Positions 11,161 to 23,500 of a stretch of 64,000 bases of DNA are shown piece by piece; positions within the stretch are counted from its first letter, which is position 1; every line of letters starts with the position of its first letter. The position numbers and the translations under genes were made by a program. The DNA is taken from NCBI GenBank assembly GCA_950097015.1, contig CATNEN010000034.1, positions 2,294,001 through 2,358,000 on the forward strand, written 5' to 3'. This DNA is from Macrostomum hystrix. Its lineage: Eukaryota; Animalia; Platyhelminthes. The notes beneath the pieces are model-generated. The model worked only from the letters and a program-made list of their open reading frames with translations. It searched no databases and had not been told where the DNA came from.

Positions 11161-11984
11161 TGAGGCAGTGAGTAGCTAAGATGAGGCAGAGCTGGTGAAG
11201 TGAAAGGCCAATAATGCTAGCAGGCAGTTAAGCATGGGGGGCAGAGCATGCAAATTTTGGGTCTGGTTATCGATGGCAGAGCCGACATAAAAAAGGGGGT
11301 AGGCGGGGGTTTTAGCGGGCCCAAATAAATGGAGAGATAAGAGAGAAAGCAAGGCATCAGTTTGTTATCATCGGTGCTAATCGTGGCAGGGAAAATATTG
11401 CCTAGTTATCCCTACGCATCTTGGATCCCAGCAACCCGGGGAGGCGTTGAGCAAGAGCTATTGATCCTGCAGCTGCTTGGCCCTTATCTGCGTCAGGCGC
11501 CAAATTGTTCATTGCTGATGAGGCTCAATATTATTCAAAATCCCTTCTTCCCAATCCAATGAGAGCCCGTGTCTCATTCTCTTATCGCAAAACGATTCGC
11601 TGCTTGCTGACCGAATAATGACTTTGATGACGGCTGGTGGTATTCAGACTCACTGTCTGGCCTCCAAAAAGGCAATCAATATGGTTTATTTCTTATTCCC
11701 AGCATCATTGGAATCCGCCTCACTGATCGTTTATCCCATCTCATTGTTGGTCTCAATAGAACAACTTATCTACCAATCTATACCAAGCCCATCTCTATCT
11801 CAACCTGAATCTACGATTCTCGCAGTCTATTCTATCCACAGTATACGAATCCATCAGTCTATCTCATTTAGAATCTCAGGATCACACATTATCTCATTAA
11901 GCATCTACCATTCTCACTGACTATCTCATTCAAAATCTTATACACTAAAAATGAAATGGTTGCCTGCTTGCTTGTAATCTACCA

Positions 11985-13570
11985 TTCTCACTGTCTTTCT
12001 CATTCAAAATCTACCATTCTCACTGTCTATCTCATTCAGAATCTACCATTCTCACTGTCTTTCTCATTCAAAATCTACCATTCTCACTGTCTTTCTCATT
12101 CAAAATCTACCATTCTCACTGTCTATCTCATTCAAAATCTACCATTCTCACTGACTTTCTCATTCAAAATCTACCATTCTCACTGTCTTTCTCATTCAAA
12201 ATCTACCATTCTCACTGTCTATCTCATTCAAAATCTACCATTCTCACTGTCTTTCTCATTCAAAATCTACCATTCTCACTGACTTTCTCATTCAAAATCT
12301 ACCATTCTCACTGTCTTTCTCATTCAAAATCTACCATTCTCACTGTCTATCTCATTCAAAATCTACCATTCTCACTGTCTTTCTCATTCAAAATCTACCA
12401 TTCTCACTGACTTTCTCATTCAAAATCTACCATTCTCACTGTCTTTCTCATTCAAAATCTACCATTCTCACTGTCTATCTCATTCAAAATCTACCATTCT
12501 CACTGTCTTTCTCATTCAAAATCTACCATTCTCACTGTCTTTCTCATTCAAAATCTACCATTCTCACTGACTTTCTCATTCAAAATCTACCATTCTCACT
12601 GTCTATCTCATTCAAAATCTACCATTCTCACTGTCTTTCTCATTCAAAATCTACCATTCTCACTGTCTTTCTCATTCAAAATCTACCATTCTCACTGACT
12701 TTCTCATTCAAAATCTACCATTCTCACTGACTTTCTCATTCAAAATCTACCATTCTCACTGTCTATCTCATTCAAAATCTACCATTCTCACTGTCTATCT
12801 CATTCAAAATCTACCATTCTCACTGTCTTTCTCATTCAAAATCTACCATTCTCACTGTCTATCTCATTCAAAATCTACCATTCTCACTGTCTATCTCATT
12901 CAAAATCTACCATTCTCACTGTCTATCTCATTCAAAATCTACCATTCTCACTGTCTATCTCATTCAAAATCTACCATTCTCACTGTCTTTCTCATTCAAA
13001 ATCTACCATTCTCACTGTCTATCTCATTCAAAATCTACCATTCTCACTGTCTTTCTCATTCAAAATCTACCATTCTCACTGTCTATCTCATTCAAAATCT
13101 ACCATTCTCACTGTCTATCTCATTCAAAATCTACCATTCTCACTGTCTATCTCATTCAAAATCTACCATTCTCACTGTCTTTCTCATTCAAAATCTACCA
13201 TTCTCACTGTCTATCTCATTCAAAATCTATCATTCTCACTGTCTATCTCATTCAAAATCTACCATTCTCACTGTCTATCTCATTCAAAATCTACCATTCT
13301 CACTGACTTTCTTATTCAAAATCTACCATTCTCACTGTCTTTCTCATTCAAAATCTACCATTCTCACTGTCTTTCTCATTCAAAATCTACCATTCTCACT
13401 GTCTTTCTCATTCAAAATCTACCATTCTCACTGTCTATCTCATTCAGAATCTACCATTCTCACTGTCTTTCTCATTCAAAATCAACCATTCTCACTGTCT
13501 TTCTCATTCAAAATCTACCATTCTCACTGTCTTTCTCATTCAAAATCTACCATTCTCACTGTCTATCTCA
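11985..13570. repeat. 32-bp minisatellite (TCTACCATTCTCACTGTCTTTCTCATTCAAAA)n
   Basis: ~49 units with ctt/cta/gac variants. Confidence 0.96.
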
Positions 13571-14184
13571 TTCAGAATCTACAGATCTCACAGACTCTGT
13601 AGTGCGTTAATACTCAATCTCACTGTTAAACCGACGATTCAATATCATATTTATTGTCCATCTGGCACTTCATTACTAAACTTAATATACAGAGAGTCAA
13701 AGACTTCACACAAATACAATATTCTAGTATGTTCTCTAAACCCATAAGTAGGCTATTATAATATGGGCGCTTTGTTTCTGGGTAAATTTGATCTCACCTC
13801 ATATGCCAATATCCCATTCTAAAGATAGTAGGGTCATTAAATGGGTCTTGGGATCAGGGATATAAAGCACTAAAATCTTGCAATTATTCGTCCTTTTGAA
13901 GTCGAATCTACAGCCAAATCATAGCCACATGGGCCGATGAGCTCGGCAACGTGATAAACGACTTTTTATGCCTGTCTATGGGCCAAACCCCCTGGCATTG
14001 GACTCCAGATTTCCAAGCGGAATTCCCAGTGGAACTGCACTCGGATCCCTTCGACAGAACTCATAAAAGTTTAGAATCGTAAACACTGAAAACTGACGCC
14101 AAAGCTAAAAAGGCTTCAATTAATTGCCTGCCAATTGTTAAAATGAGTCCGTTTGTCTTATCAGCTTTGCTTTTTAACTGCGTG

Positions 14185-15012
14185 TGGGCCGTCTGTCTGT
14201 CTGTCTGCCTGTGCTGGGTGTCTGTCTGTCTGTGCCGGGCGTCTGTCCGTCTGTTCTGGGAGTCTGTCTGTCTGTCTGGGTGTCTGTCTGTCTGTCTGCC
14301 TGTGCTGGGTGTCTGTCTGTCTGTGCCGGGCGTCTGTCCGTCTGTTCTGGGGGTCTGTCTGCCTGTGCTGGGAGTCTGTCTGTCTGTCTGGGTGTCTGTC
14401 TGTCTGTCTGCCTGTGCTGGGTGTCTGTCTGTCTGTGCCGGGCGTCTGTCCGTCTGTTCTGGGGGTCTGTCTGTCTGTCTGGGTGTCTGTCTGTCTGTCT
14501 GTCTGTCTGGGTGTCTGTCTGTCATTGTGTCTGGGTGTCTGTCTGTCTGGGTGTCTGTCTGTCTGCCTGTGCTGGGTGTCTGTCTGCCTGTGCTGGGTGT
14601 CTGTCTGCCTGTGCTGGGTGTCTGTCTGTCTGTGCTAGGTGTCTGTCTGTCTGTCTGTCTGGGTGTCTGTCTGTCTGTCTGTCTGGGTGTCTGTCTGTCT
14701 GTGCCGGGCGTCTGCCTGTCTGTGCCGGGCGTCTGTCTGTCTGTCTGGGTGTCTGTCTGTGCTGGGTGTCTGTCTGTCTGTCTGTCTGTCTGTGCTGGGT
14801 GTCTGTCTGTCTGTCTGGGTGTCTGTCTGCCTGTGCTGGGTGTCTGTCTGCCTGTGCTGGGTGTCTGTCTGTCTGTCTGGGTGTCTGTCTGTCTGTGCTA
14901 GGTGTCTGTCTGTCTGTCTGTCTGGGTGTCTGTCTGTCTGTGCTGGGTGTCTGTCTGTCTGTCTGGGTGTCTGTCTGCCTGTGCTGGGTGTCTGTCTGTC
15001 TGTCTGTCTGCC
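14185..15012. repeat. (TCTG)n-based compound repeat with GGGTG/GTGCT interruptions
   Basis: Direct reading. Confidence 0.93.
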
Positions 15013-15639
15013 TTAAAAATGAAAATTTTAGCCAACAAAGACTATCGAATATCGAATAGATGCAGCGCCGTTTCCTAGAGTCGGCAAACAAAGCTGCGAG
15101 AACAAATTCTATAAAAAATCTATTCCATGGGCCGCCAATGAAGCATCAATAAAATTCGCTGGTTTGCATGCATTTGGGACAGTCAATCTTCCTGCAGCTC
15201 CGTTGGGGATTTGTATCCCAAACGGCAATTGTTTCCGAACAGCAGACGCGCTTGTCACTCCCTGAACCCCACATCCACTATTCTGACGCCTCTGCACAGG
15301 TGAATTTTAGACTCTCGGTGACTTTCAATGAAGGGTCTTTCAATGCTACGCCCCAACAACCCTGGGCGCCATCTGAATAATGGCAGATTCTATCGAGTCA
15401 AGATCGGTTCCCACAATTCCCATCAATAAACTTCCCATTTTGCCTACATTAATTTGTTCAATTCTTCTATTCGGCAAATTGTTAAATTGTTTCAATAGCT
15501 TTGAAAGCCATGAAGCACCACCTGTCAAGGTGTGAAAAATAATGACCCGCTGTTTATTTATGGGCACGGGTGACCTGCTCGCGTCCCTTGGGACTTTTTT
15601 TAAAGGTTGAACTGACCATTATAGATCACGTGATTTGCC

Positions 15640-16008
15640 TGAAGGATCATGGAGTTACGTGAAGGATCATGGAGTTACCTGAAGGATCATGGAGTTACCT
15701 GAAGGATCATGGAGTTACCTGAAGGATCATGGAGTTACCTGAAGGATCATGGAGTTACTTGAAGGATCATGGAGTTACGTGAAGGATCATGGAGTTACCT
15801 GAAGGATCATGGAGTTACCTGAAGGATCATGGAGTTACCTGAAGGATCACGGAGTTACGTGAAGGATCATGAAGTTACCTGAAGGATCATGGAGTTACCT
15901 GAAGGATCATGAAGTTACCTGAAGGATCATGGAGTTACCTGAAGGATCATGGAGTTACGTGAAGGATCATGGAGTTACCTGAAGGATCATGGAGTTACCT
16001 GAAGGATT
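15640..16008. repeat. 20-bp minisatellite (GAAGGATCATGGAGTTACCT)n
   Basis: ~18 units. Confidence 0.95.
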
Positions 16009-16456
16009 ATTGGGTACCTCTGAACAAAATGTTGATGTGACCCGTGCTATCTGTGGATCTGATTGTACGTAAGTTTGGCGGAACCAATTTTGGCCCTTTA
16101 GATTTCGCTTCCTGAATGCAATGACAGGAAGAAAGTGAAAGTCAATAAATGAAAGTGAAGATAAAGGTGTGAAGCAATCAAGACACACATAAGGAAAGTT
16201 ATATTTATTGACGCATTTTATTTTACTTTTCCAACAAGAAAGATAAAAGCAGATTTTTGGGACACAAATTGCACAGCGCATTTTTATAGCTACTTTTAAA
16301 GTCGATAGAAGTGTGGCCTCTGTCACATGCCGCCTTTTCAAATCCCTCAAATTTGAGGCCAGCTGATGATGGCCCAGGCTAATGTTTTTACTGCCTTTGG
16401 TAAGTAAAAAGCGCAGCATTAAAATATTAAAACATCGGACAAGCGCTTTTTAGATC

Positions 16457-16788
<332 letters not shown>

Positions 16789-17280
16789 TGTTTTCGGCCC
16801 TTAGTTCAAGGGTATAAAATTTCATAGCAGTGTTAATAATGTGAAAATTATTGACATTGGAGGACAATATCTATTTCTATAGGGTCGGGGAATTTCAATT
16901 CACTTTGGTGTTTTGTTTGATGCGACAAAGCATGATGGAATTTTTTCATAATTATATTTTCAGAAATTTTTGCTTCGCAATGCCAGACGAAGATCAATGG
17001 AATTTCTCCTTGTCGATCACCTTCACAGCCGTGTGACACATCTTAGAGGATTTAAAGTCAGCTGACTGCACAAATTCGTTTTTTTTTTTTAGCAAACATC
17101 AAATTCAGCTGTGACTGCTTCTATTCTTAGGTGTTTTGTGAAACATTAAAGTAAGCATTAAAATTTGTTTATCAAAGCATCTTTAAGAGATTATAAGGTT
17201 ATAAAATGTAATTACAATAATCAATTTGTATCATATTCAAGAAACTAGTTTTCAACTGCAGTTGATCAACTGGCCCCATC

Positions 17281-17337
17281 CAGCCAATAGTAGCGAGGCG
17301 TCAGTCAATCTCGATTGCTATTGGCTGATAGTTGGCG
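17281..17337. promoter_or_regulatory. Inverted CCAAT-box pair upstream of Nkx6
   Basis: cagccaatag (17281-17290) and ctattggctg (17328-17337) are a perfect 10-bp inverted repeat ~200 bp before the ATG. Function is inferred. Confidence 0.4.
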
Positions 17338-17447
17338 GGCTGTCTAACCCAACCCCCCGCCTCGAAATAACGGATGAAGAGAATATAACTGAGAAACTAA
17401 TTCCCTACTCGACTGTGGAGTCTTCCCAACTTCATAAAAAAGCAAAA

Positions 17448-17450
<3 letters not shown>

Positions 17451-17498
<48 letters not shown>
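17451..17498 (+). repeat. (GCA)16 triplet tract just upstream of the Nkx6 ATG
   Basis: 16 uninterrupted GCA units ending 30 bp before 17528. Confidence 0.95.
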
Positions 17499-17501
<3 letters not shown>

Positions 17502-17527
17502 ATTTCGCAATACCATTAACAATCCAA

Positions 17528-20500
17528 ATGACTACCCCGCATAGCATAACAGATATTCTGCGAAGGACGGCCCCAGTGCCGGCCAGAATTCCTCAGCTGA
17601 AGCCGCAGCTGCCGCTGCCGCCGCCGCCGCCGCCACCTCCTCCCAGTTTGATGCAGTTGATGCAAGGCGCTCAAGCATGGATTCCCAGATCACAGCAGCA
17701 GCGGCAGCAGCAGCAGATGCTTCAGGTGCCACCAGCATCTGCTTCAGGAGGTCAACCTCAGCTATCCACAGGGCCACCGCCGCCGCCACCACCGCCGCCG
17801 CCGCCATTCTTCTGGCCACTGCTGCCAACACCGGCGGCGATGAATATCTGGAAGGGTGGGCAGCACTGTGAGTGATTTCTCTGACTACTTCAGGATTCAC
17901 AGTTGGTTCAGGACTTCAGGAATCACAGTTGGTTCAGGACTTCAGGATTCACAGTAGGTTCAGGACTTCAGGATTCACAGTAGGTTCAGGACTTCAGGAT
18001 TCACAGTAGGTTCAGGACTTCAGGATTCACAGTTGGTTCAGGACTTCAGGATTCACAGTAGGTTCAGGACTTCAGGATTCACAGTAGGCTCAGGACTTCA
18101 GGATTCACAGTAGGCTCAGGACTTCAGGATTCACAGTAGGCTCAGGACTTCAGGATTCACAGTAGGCTCAGGACTTCAGGATTCACAGTAGGCTCAGGAC
18201 TTCAGGATTCACAGTAGGCTCAGGACTTCAGGATTCACAGTAGGTTCAGGACTTCAGGATTCACAGTAGGCTCAGGACTTCAGGATTCACAGTAGGTTCA
18301 GGACTTCAGGATTCACAGTAGGTTCAGGACTTCAGGATTCACAGTAGGCTCAGCACTTCAGGATTCACAGTAGCTAGGTTCAGGACTTCAGGAGTGACAG
18401 TAGCTAGGTTCAGGACTTCAGGAGTTACAGTATATTCAAGACATACAGCAAAAGCAAAACTCAGATTCATTAAAAGATTTATTTATTATAATGAAGCTTC
18501 ATACACGTTAAAAGCAACAATTAATTGTGCTATATTTACCTGTCTATTACCAGCCCTCTAGTTCAATCTCAGGTTATTAGCAGTTTCTATATACACCCCT
18601 AGACACCTCTGCCGCACAGCAATTAAACGGCATTTCACAGATAATAGGGCCAAACTTCAGAAAGCTTATTATAATTTTGTAAAGCGCATTTGAATCGCTA
18701 TCAGCTCTGTATTGTCTCATTCTAATACTCTAATGCTGCTTCGTGAGTCTATGCAACGGTCGCCTCTGATTCTGTCAATTTTCTTTGAAAACCCTTTTTT
18801 ACCACCTTCTTCTCTTCTGCTTCTCAATGCGGTACGTTAGCACCTTAGCATATAATATAGGCTTTTACTGCAGTGTCAGGTATTTATGATAAACCCTTGC
18901 CTTCTGTTCTCACCCAGTTATAATGGTTAATTACTAAGCCACATCGTCAGAGTGTGGTTTGTGACAGTTTTTATTCATTACCTATTTTCATAGCTGCAGC
19001 GGTGACTGAATTCAATTGTCATTTTTTAAATAAGGGCTGCAAGCATTAGCGGATTTATTGTAGAATATATATATTATTCTTTAAGCTGTTTAATACCCAG
19101 AGTTCATACACTGTATGGCCAAAGTTAAATTGCTTGCAACTTGTAAGCAATGGAAGACTGCCAAAGCTATCTTGTCTGCTGCTTCCACTGCAACTAAATT
19201 GGCTTGGATTTCGGGTATAGCCTTATGTAGCTATAGCTAGAACAAATTATTGTCTTTTTAAATTTAATTTTCACATCTGATTCTTATAGTTAATAACGTC
19301 AGAGACATTCTAATGCTCTTGTCTAAGGTTTATCGCACCAATCTATCTGCCAATCTATCCACCAATCTATCCACTATTCTGTCTACCATTGTCTACAATT
19401 CTGTCTACCATTGTCTACAATTCTGTCTACCATTCTATCTACCAATCTATCTACCGATTTATCTACTAATCAGTCTACCAATCTATCTACGAATCTATCC
19501 ACCAATCTATCTACTATTCAATCTACCAATCTATCCACCAATCTATCCACCAATCTATCCACCAATCAATCCACCAATCTATCCACCAATCAATCCACCA
19601 ATCTATCCACCAATCTATCCGCCAATCTATCTACTAATGAATCTAACAAACTATCCACCAATCTATCCACCAATCTATCCACCAATCTATCCACCATTCT
19701 GTCTACCATTCTGTCTACCATTCTGTCTACCATTTTATCTACCAATCTATCTGCAAATATATCTACCAACCTATCCACTAATCTATCCACCAATCTATCC
19801 ACCAATCAATCCACCAATCTATCTACTAATCAATCTACCAATCTATCCACCAATCTATCTACTAATCAATCAACCAATCTATCCACCAATCTATCCACCA
19901 ATCTATCCACCATTCTGTCTACCATTCTGTCTACCATTCTGTCTACCATTTTATCTACCAATCTATCTGCAAATATATCTACCAACCTATCCACTAATCT
20001 ATCCACCAATCTATCCACCAATCAATCCACCAATCTATCTACTAATCAATCTACCAATCTATCTACCAATCTATCTACTAATCAATCCACCAATCTATCC
20101 ACCAATCTATCCACCAATCTATCCACCAATCTATCCACCAATCTATCCACCATTCTGTCTACCATTCTATCTAAAAATCTATCTACCATTCTGTCTACCA
20201 TTCTGTCAACCAATCTATCTGCAAATATATCTACCAATCTATCTGCCAACCTATCCACTAATCTATCCACCAATCAATCCACCAATCTATCCACCAATCA
20301 ATCCACCATTCTGTCTACCAATCTATCCACCAATCTATCCACCATTCTGTCTACCATTCTGTCTACCATTCTATCTACCAATCTATCTACTAATCAATCT
20401 ACCAATCTATATGCAAACCTATCCACTAATTTATCCACCATTCTGTCTACCATTTTGTCTACCATTCTATCTACCAAGCTATCTACAAACATATCTACCA

Positions 20501-23500
20501 ATCTATCCACCAATCTATCCACCAATCTATCCACCAATCTATCCACCATTCTATCTACAAATCTATCTACCCTTCTGTCTACCATTCTGTCAACCATTCT
20601 ATCTACCAATAAATCTACCAATCTATCTGCCAATCTATCTACCATTCGATGTACCATTCTATCTACCAATCTATCTACCAAAAACTTTCAGTGCCACAGA
20701 TGCAGCAGCTGCAGCCACCGATGTCGCCAGAGCTGACGGACTCAAGCGCGGCGGTACTCGGAGCTCCGGTCAGCGGCAAGTGCCCCGTCAACGCTTCGAC
20801 GAGCATCGACGGGAAGCGGAAGCACACCAGGCCTACATTCAGCGGGCAGCAGATATTCGCGCTAGAAAAGACCTTCGAGCAGCACAAATACCTGGCCGGG
20901 CCGGAGCGGGCGCGGCTGGCCTACCTGCTGGGCATGTCGGAGAGTCAGGTCAAGGTGAGCTCAAAATTTGACAATTCTGCTCAACCCATGGTCAATGTAT
21001 AAGTAAACTTGCATGATGCATCGAGATTACAAAGCATAAAAAACAGCAAGTCAGCGTTGACAAGCGAAAATAAAATAAAAAGGGATGTAACGAAACTAAA
21101 AGATAAGATAGAAGATAGATGAGACACAGGAGAGAGAGATGAGACAGAAGAGAGATAAGACGCAAAAGAGAGATGAGACACAAGAGGGAGATGAGACACA
21201 GGGGAGAGATGAGACACAAGAGGAGGTGAGACACAGTAGTAGAGAGATGAAACACAGTAGAGAGAGATGAGACACAGGAGAGAGATGAGACACAAGAGGG
21301 AGATGAGACACAGGGGAGAGATGAGACACAAGAGGAGGTGAGACATAGTAGTAGAGAGATGAAACACAGTAGAGAGAGATGAGACACAGGAGAGAGATGA
21401 GACGCAGGGGAGATGAGACGCAGGGAGATGAGACGCAGGGGAGATGAGACGCAGGGAGATGAGACGCAGGGAGATGAGACGCAAGGGAGATGAGACGCAA
21501 GAGAGACAAATGAGACAGGAGAGAGATAAGACGCAGGAGAGAGATGAGACACAGGAGAGAGATATGAGACAGGAGAGAGATAAGACGCAGGAGAGAGATG
21601 AGACACAGGGGAGAGATATGAGACAGGAGAGAGATAAGACGCAAGAGGAGGTGAGACACAGTAGTAGAGAGATGAAACACAGTAGAGAGAGATAAGACGC
21701 AGGAGAGAGATGAGATACAGGAGAGAGATGAGACACAGGGGAGATGAGACACAGGGGAGATGAGACACAAGAGAGAGAAATGAGACAGGAGAGAGATGAG
21801 ACACAAGAGGGAGATGAGATACAGTAGAGAGAGATGAGACAGGAGAGAGGAGACACAAGAGGGAGATGAGGCACAGGGAAGAGATGAGACACAGTAGAGC
21901 GATTTGAGACACGAGAGAGATAAGACGCAGGAGAGAGATGAGACACAGGAGAGAGATGAGACACAGGGGAGAGATGATATGCAGGGGATACGAGATGTCA
22001 TTTACACTCGTAAATGAGGCAGAGGAGGGAGATAAGACACAGGAGAGAGATGAGACAGGAGAGAGATGAGATGCAATGGAGGTGAGTAGGGAGCTAAGAG
22101 TAAGTCAACAACACTGTTGAGGCTAAATGATTTCTAGAAAAGGCGAGACGGAAGATCACTTTGCATGTGTTTCGCTTCGGCAAAGCTAATATCCTAGAAA
22201 ACTGCTGGATAGATTAAGCCACCACTTATATAACAAAGGCAATCTATTTCACTCCAAGAAAGACGAGGCGCGAGTGAATTTCAGTGTTTGGTAACGAATT
22301 TTTAAACAACCCACCGAGGGGTGCAAAAAAAGGAAAAAATGAAACAGGGGGGACCTATAGCGGTTTCTGTGTGAGGGGGGATCAGCGTAATGGCCTGCTG
22401 GAACCCTGCGCCATTTCAGCTGAACGCCTTAAGAGGTCGACTAATGCACCATTCTCTGGGCAGAATGGCTATTAAGCAATTTTGCTTCCTATGTTTCCGA
22501 TTGGATGCTAGCGAGAGGGTGTCAAATGTAGCGCAATAGTAACACCAATCTACAATTTGTCTCATCCTGAAAGAGAGTGTGTTAGAGAAAATTTCATTGG
22601 CTTTTTTGACACAGCTGACCGACACAAAAAGCTTCTTATGCAAAGGTGTCACCTGTTGCTTTCGTGTCAATTGGGCATTCATTTGGGAGTTGCGCCGAAT
22701 TTTCGACACCAACCCCAAGCAAGGAAGGAGTGTGTGTGGAAAATGAGGCAATTAACATCCTGTTCTGTTATAGGGGCGGGTTCACACACATCAGCTGCCA
22801 AAAAGGTGTCTTCACTCAGCCTCGGGAACACAGCTAGTTTTCAATCACAGCTATCTGATTTCCTGATTCATAGCGATCCGGGAAAGTAATTTTCTTTCAG
22901 AAATTCCGAAATTGTAAGCTAGCTTGTCGGAAAAACAGATAAATTAATATCAAAATAAGAGACAGGTGATATTGGCTACATTTTATGGTCAAGATTCCAG
23001 GTGAAAAATATTATCATTCTTTCGGTCTTCATCGTGCCAAACATAGGCCTTGATGACCATAAAAATGCCCATATGAATAGATACACTAAATTTTTTCCCG
23101 CGTTCAGTCTATAGAAAGCGAAACGAAATTATGGGAAAAGGGGAGATTTAGGGATTATTGACACGGTCCATCCGCTCCAGCAGATATAAATAACTGACCA
23201 TTTGCTGCCTAATATGCATAATGTGTTTCTCTGTGTTCACACTTTCACCGCGAAAACAATAAAACAGCCGTGGCTGGGGGAAATAGTGAGGATATTAAGT
23301 GAACTGCATGGGAAATACCCAATTTTTGCTCGCTAACACTTCTCACAAACGCTGGCAAACCTATATGGAATTTGATCGATAAAAAAAGAGTGAGAAATTT
23401 ATATGAAGGCCCGCTTCCATTGAATTGAATACGGCAGGCGCCGCAATGGATGGCTGAAGTGTGAGTGGAGTTATTACATAAATGCAGTTATATTTGAGTC

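Noticed and set aside
4236-13570. CRISPR-like arrays (32-41-bp repeats)
   Set aside because: The units are contiguous with no unique spacers, the context is a eukaryotic spliced gene, and no cas genes are present.
19313-20971. 552-aa (PPIY)n and 441-aa mucin-like (STNL)n ORFs
   Set aside because: They lie in Nkx6 intron 1 and are 12-bp repeat read-throughs overlapping the homeobox exon in the wrong frames.
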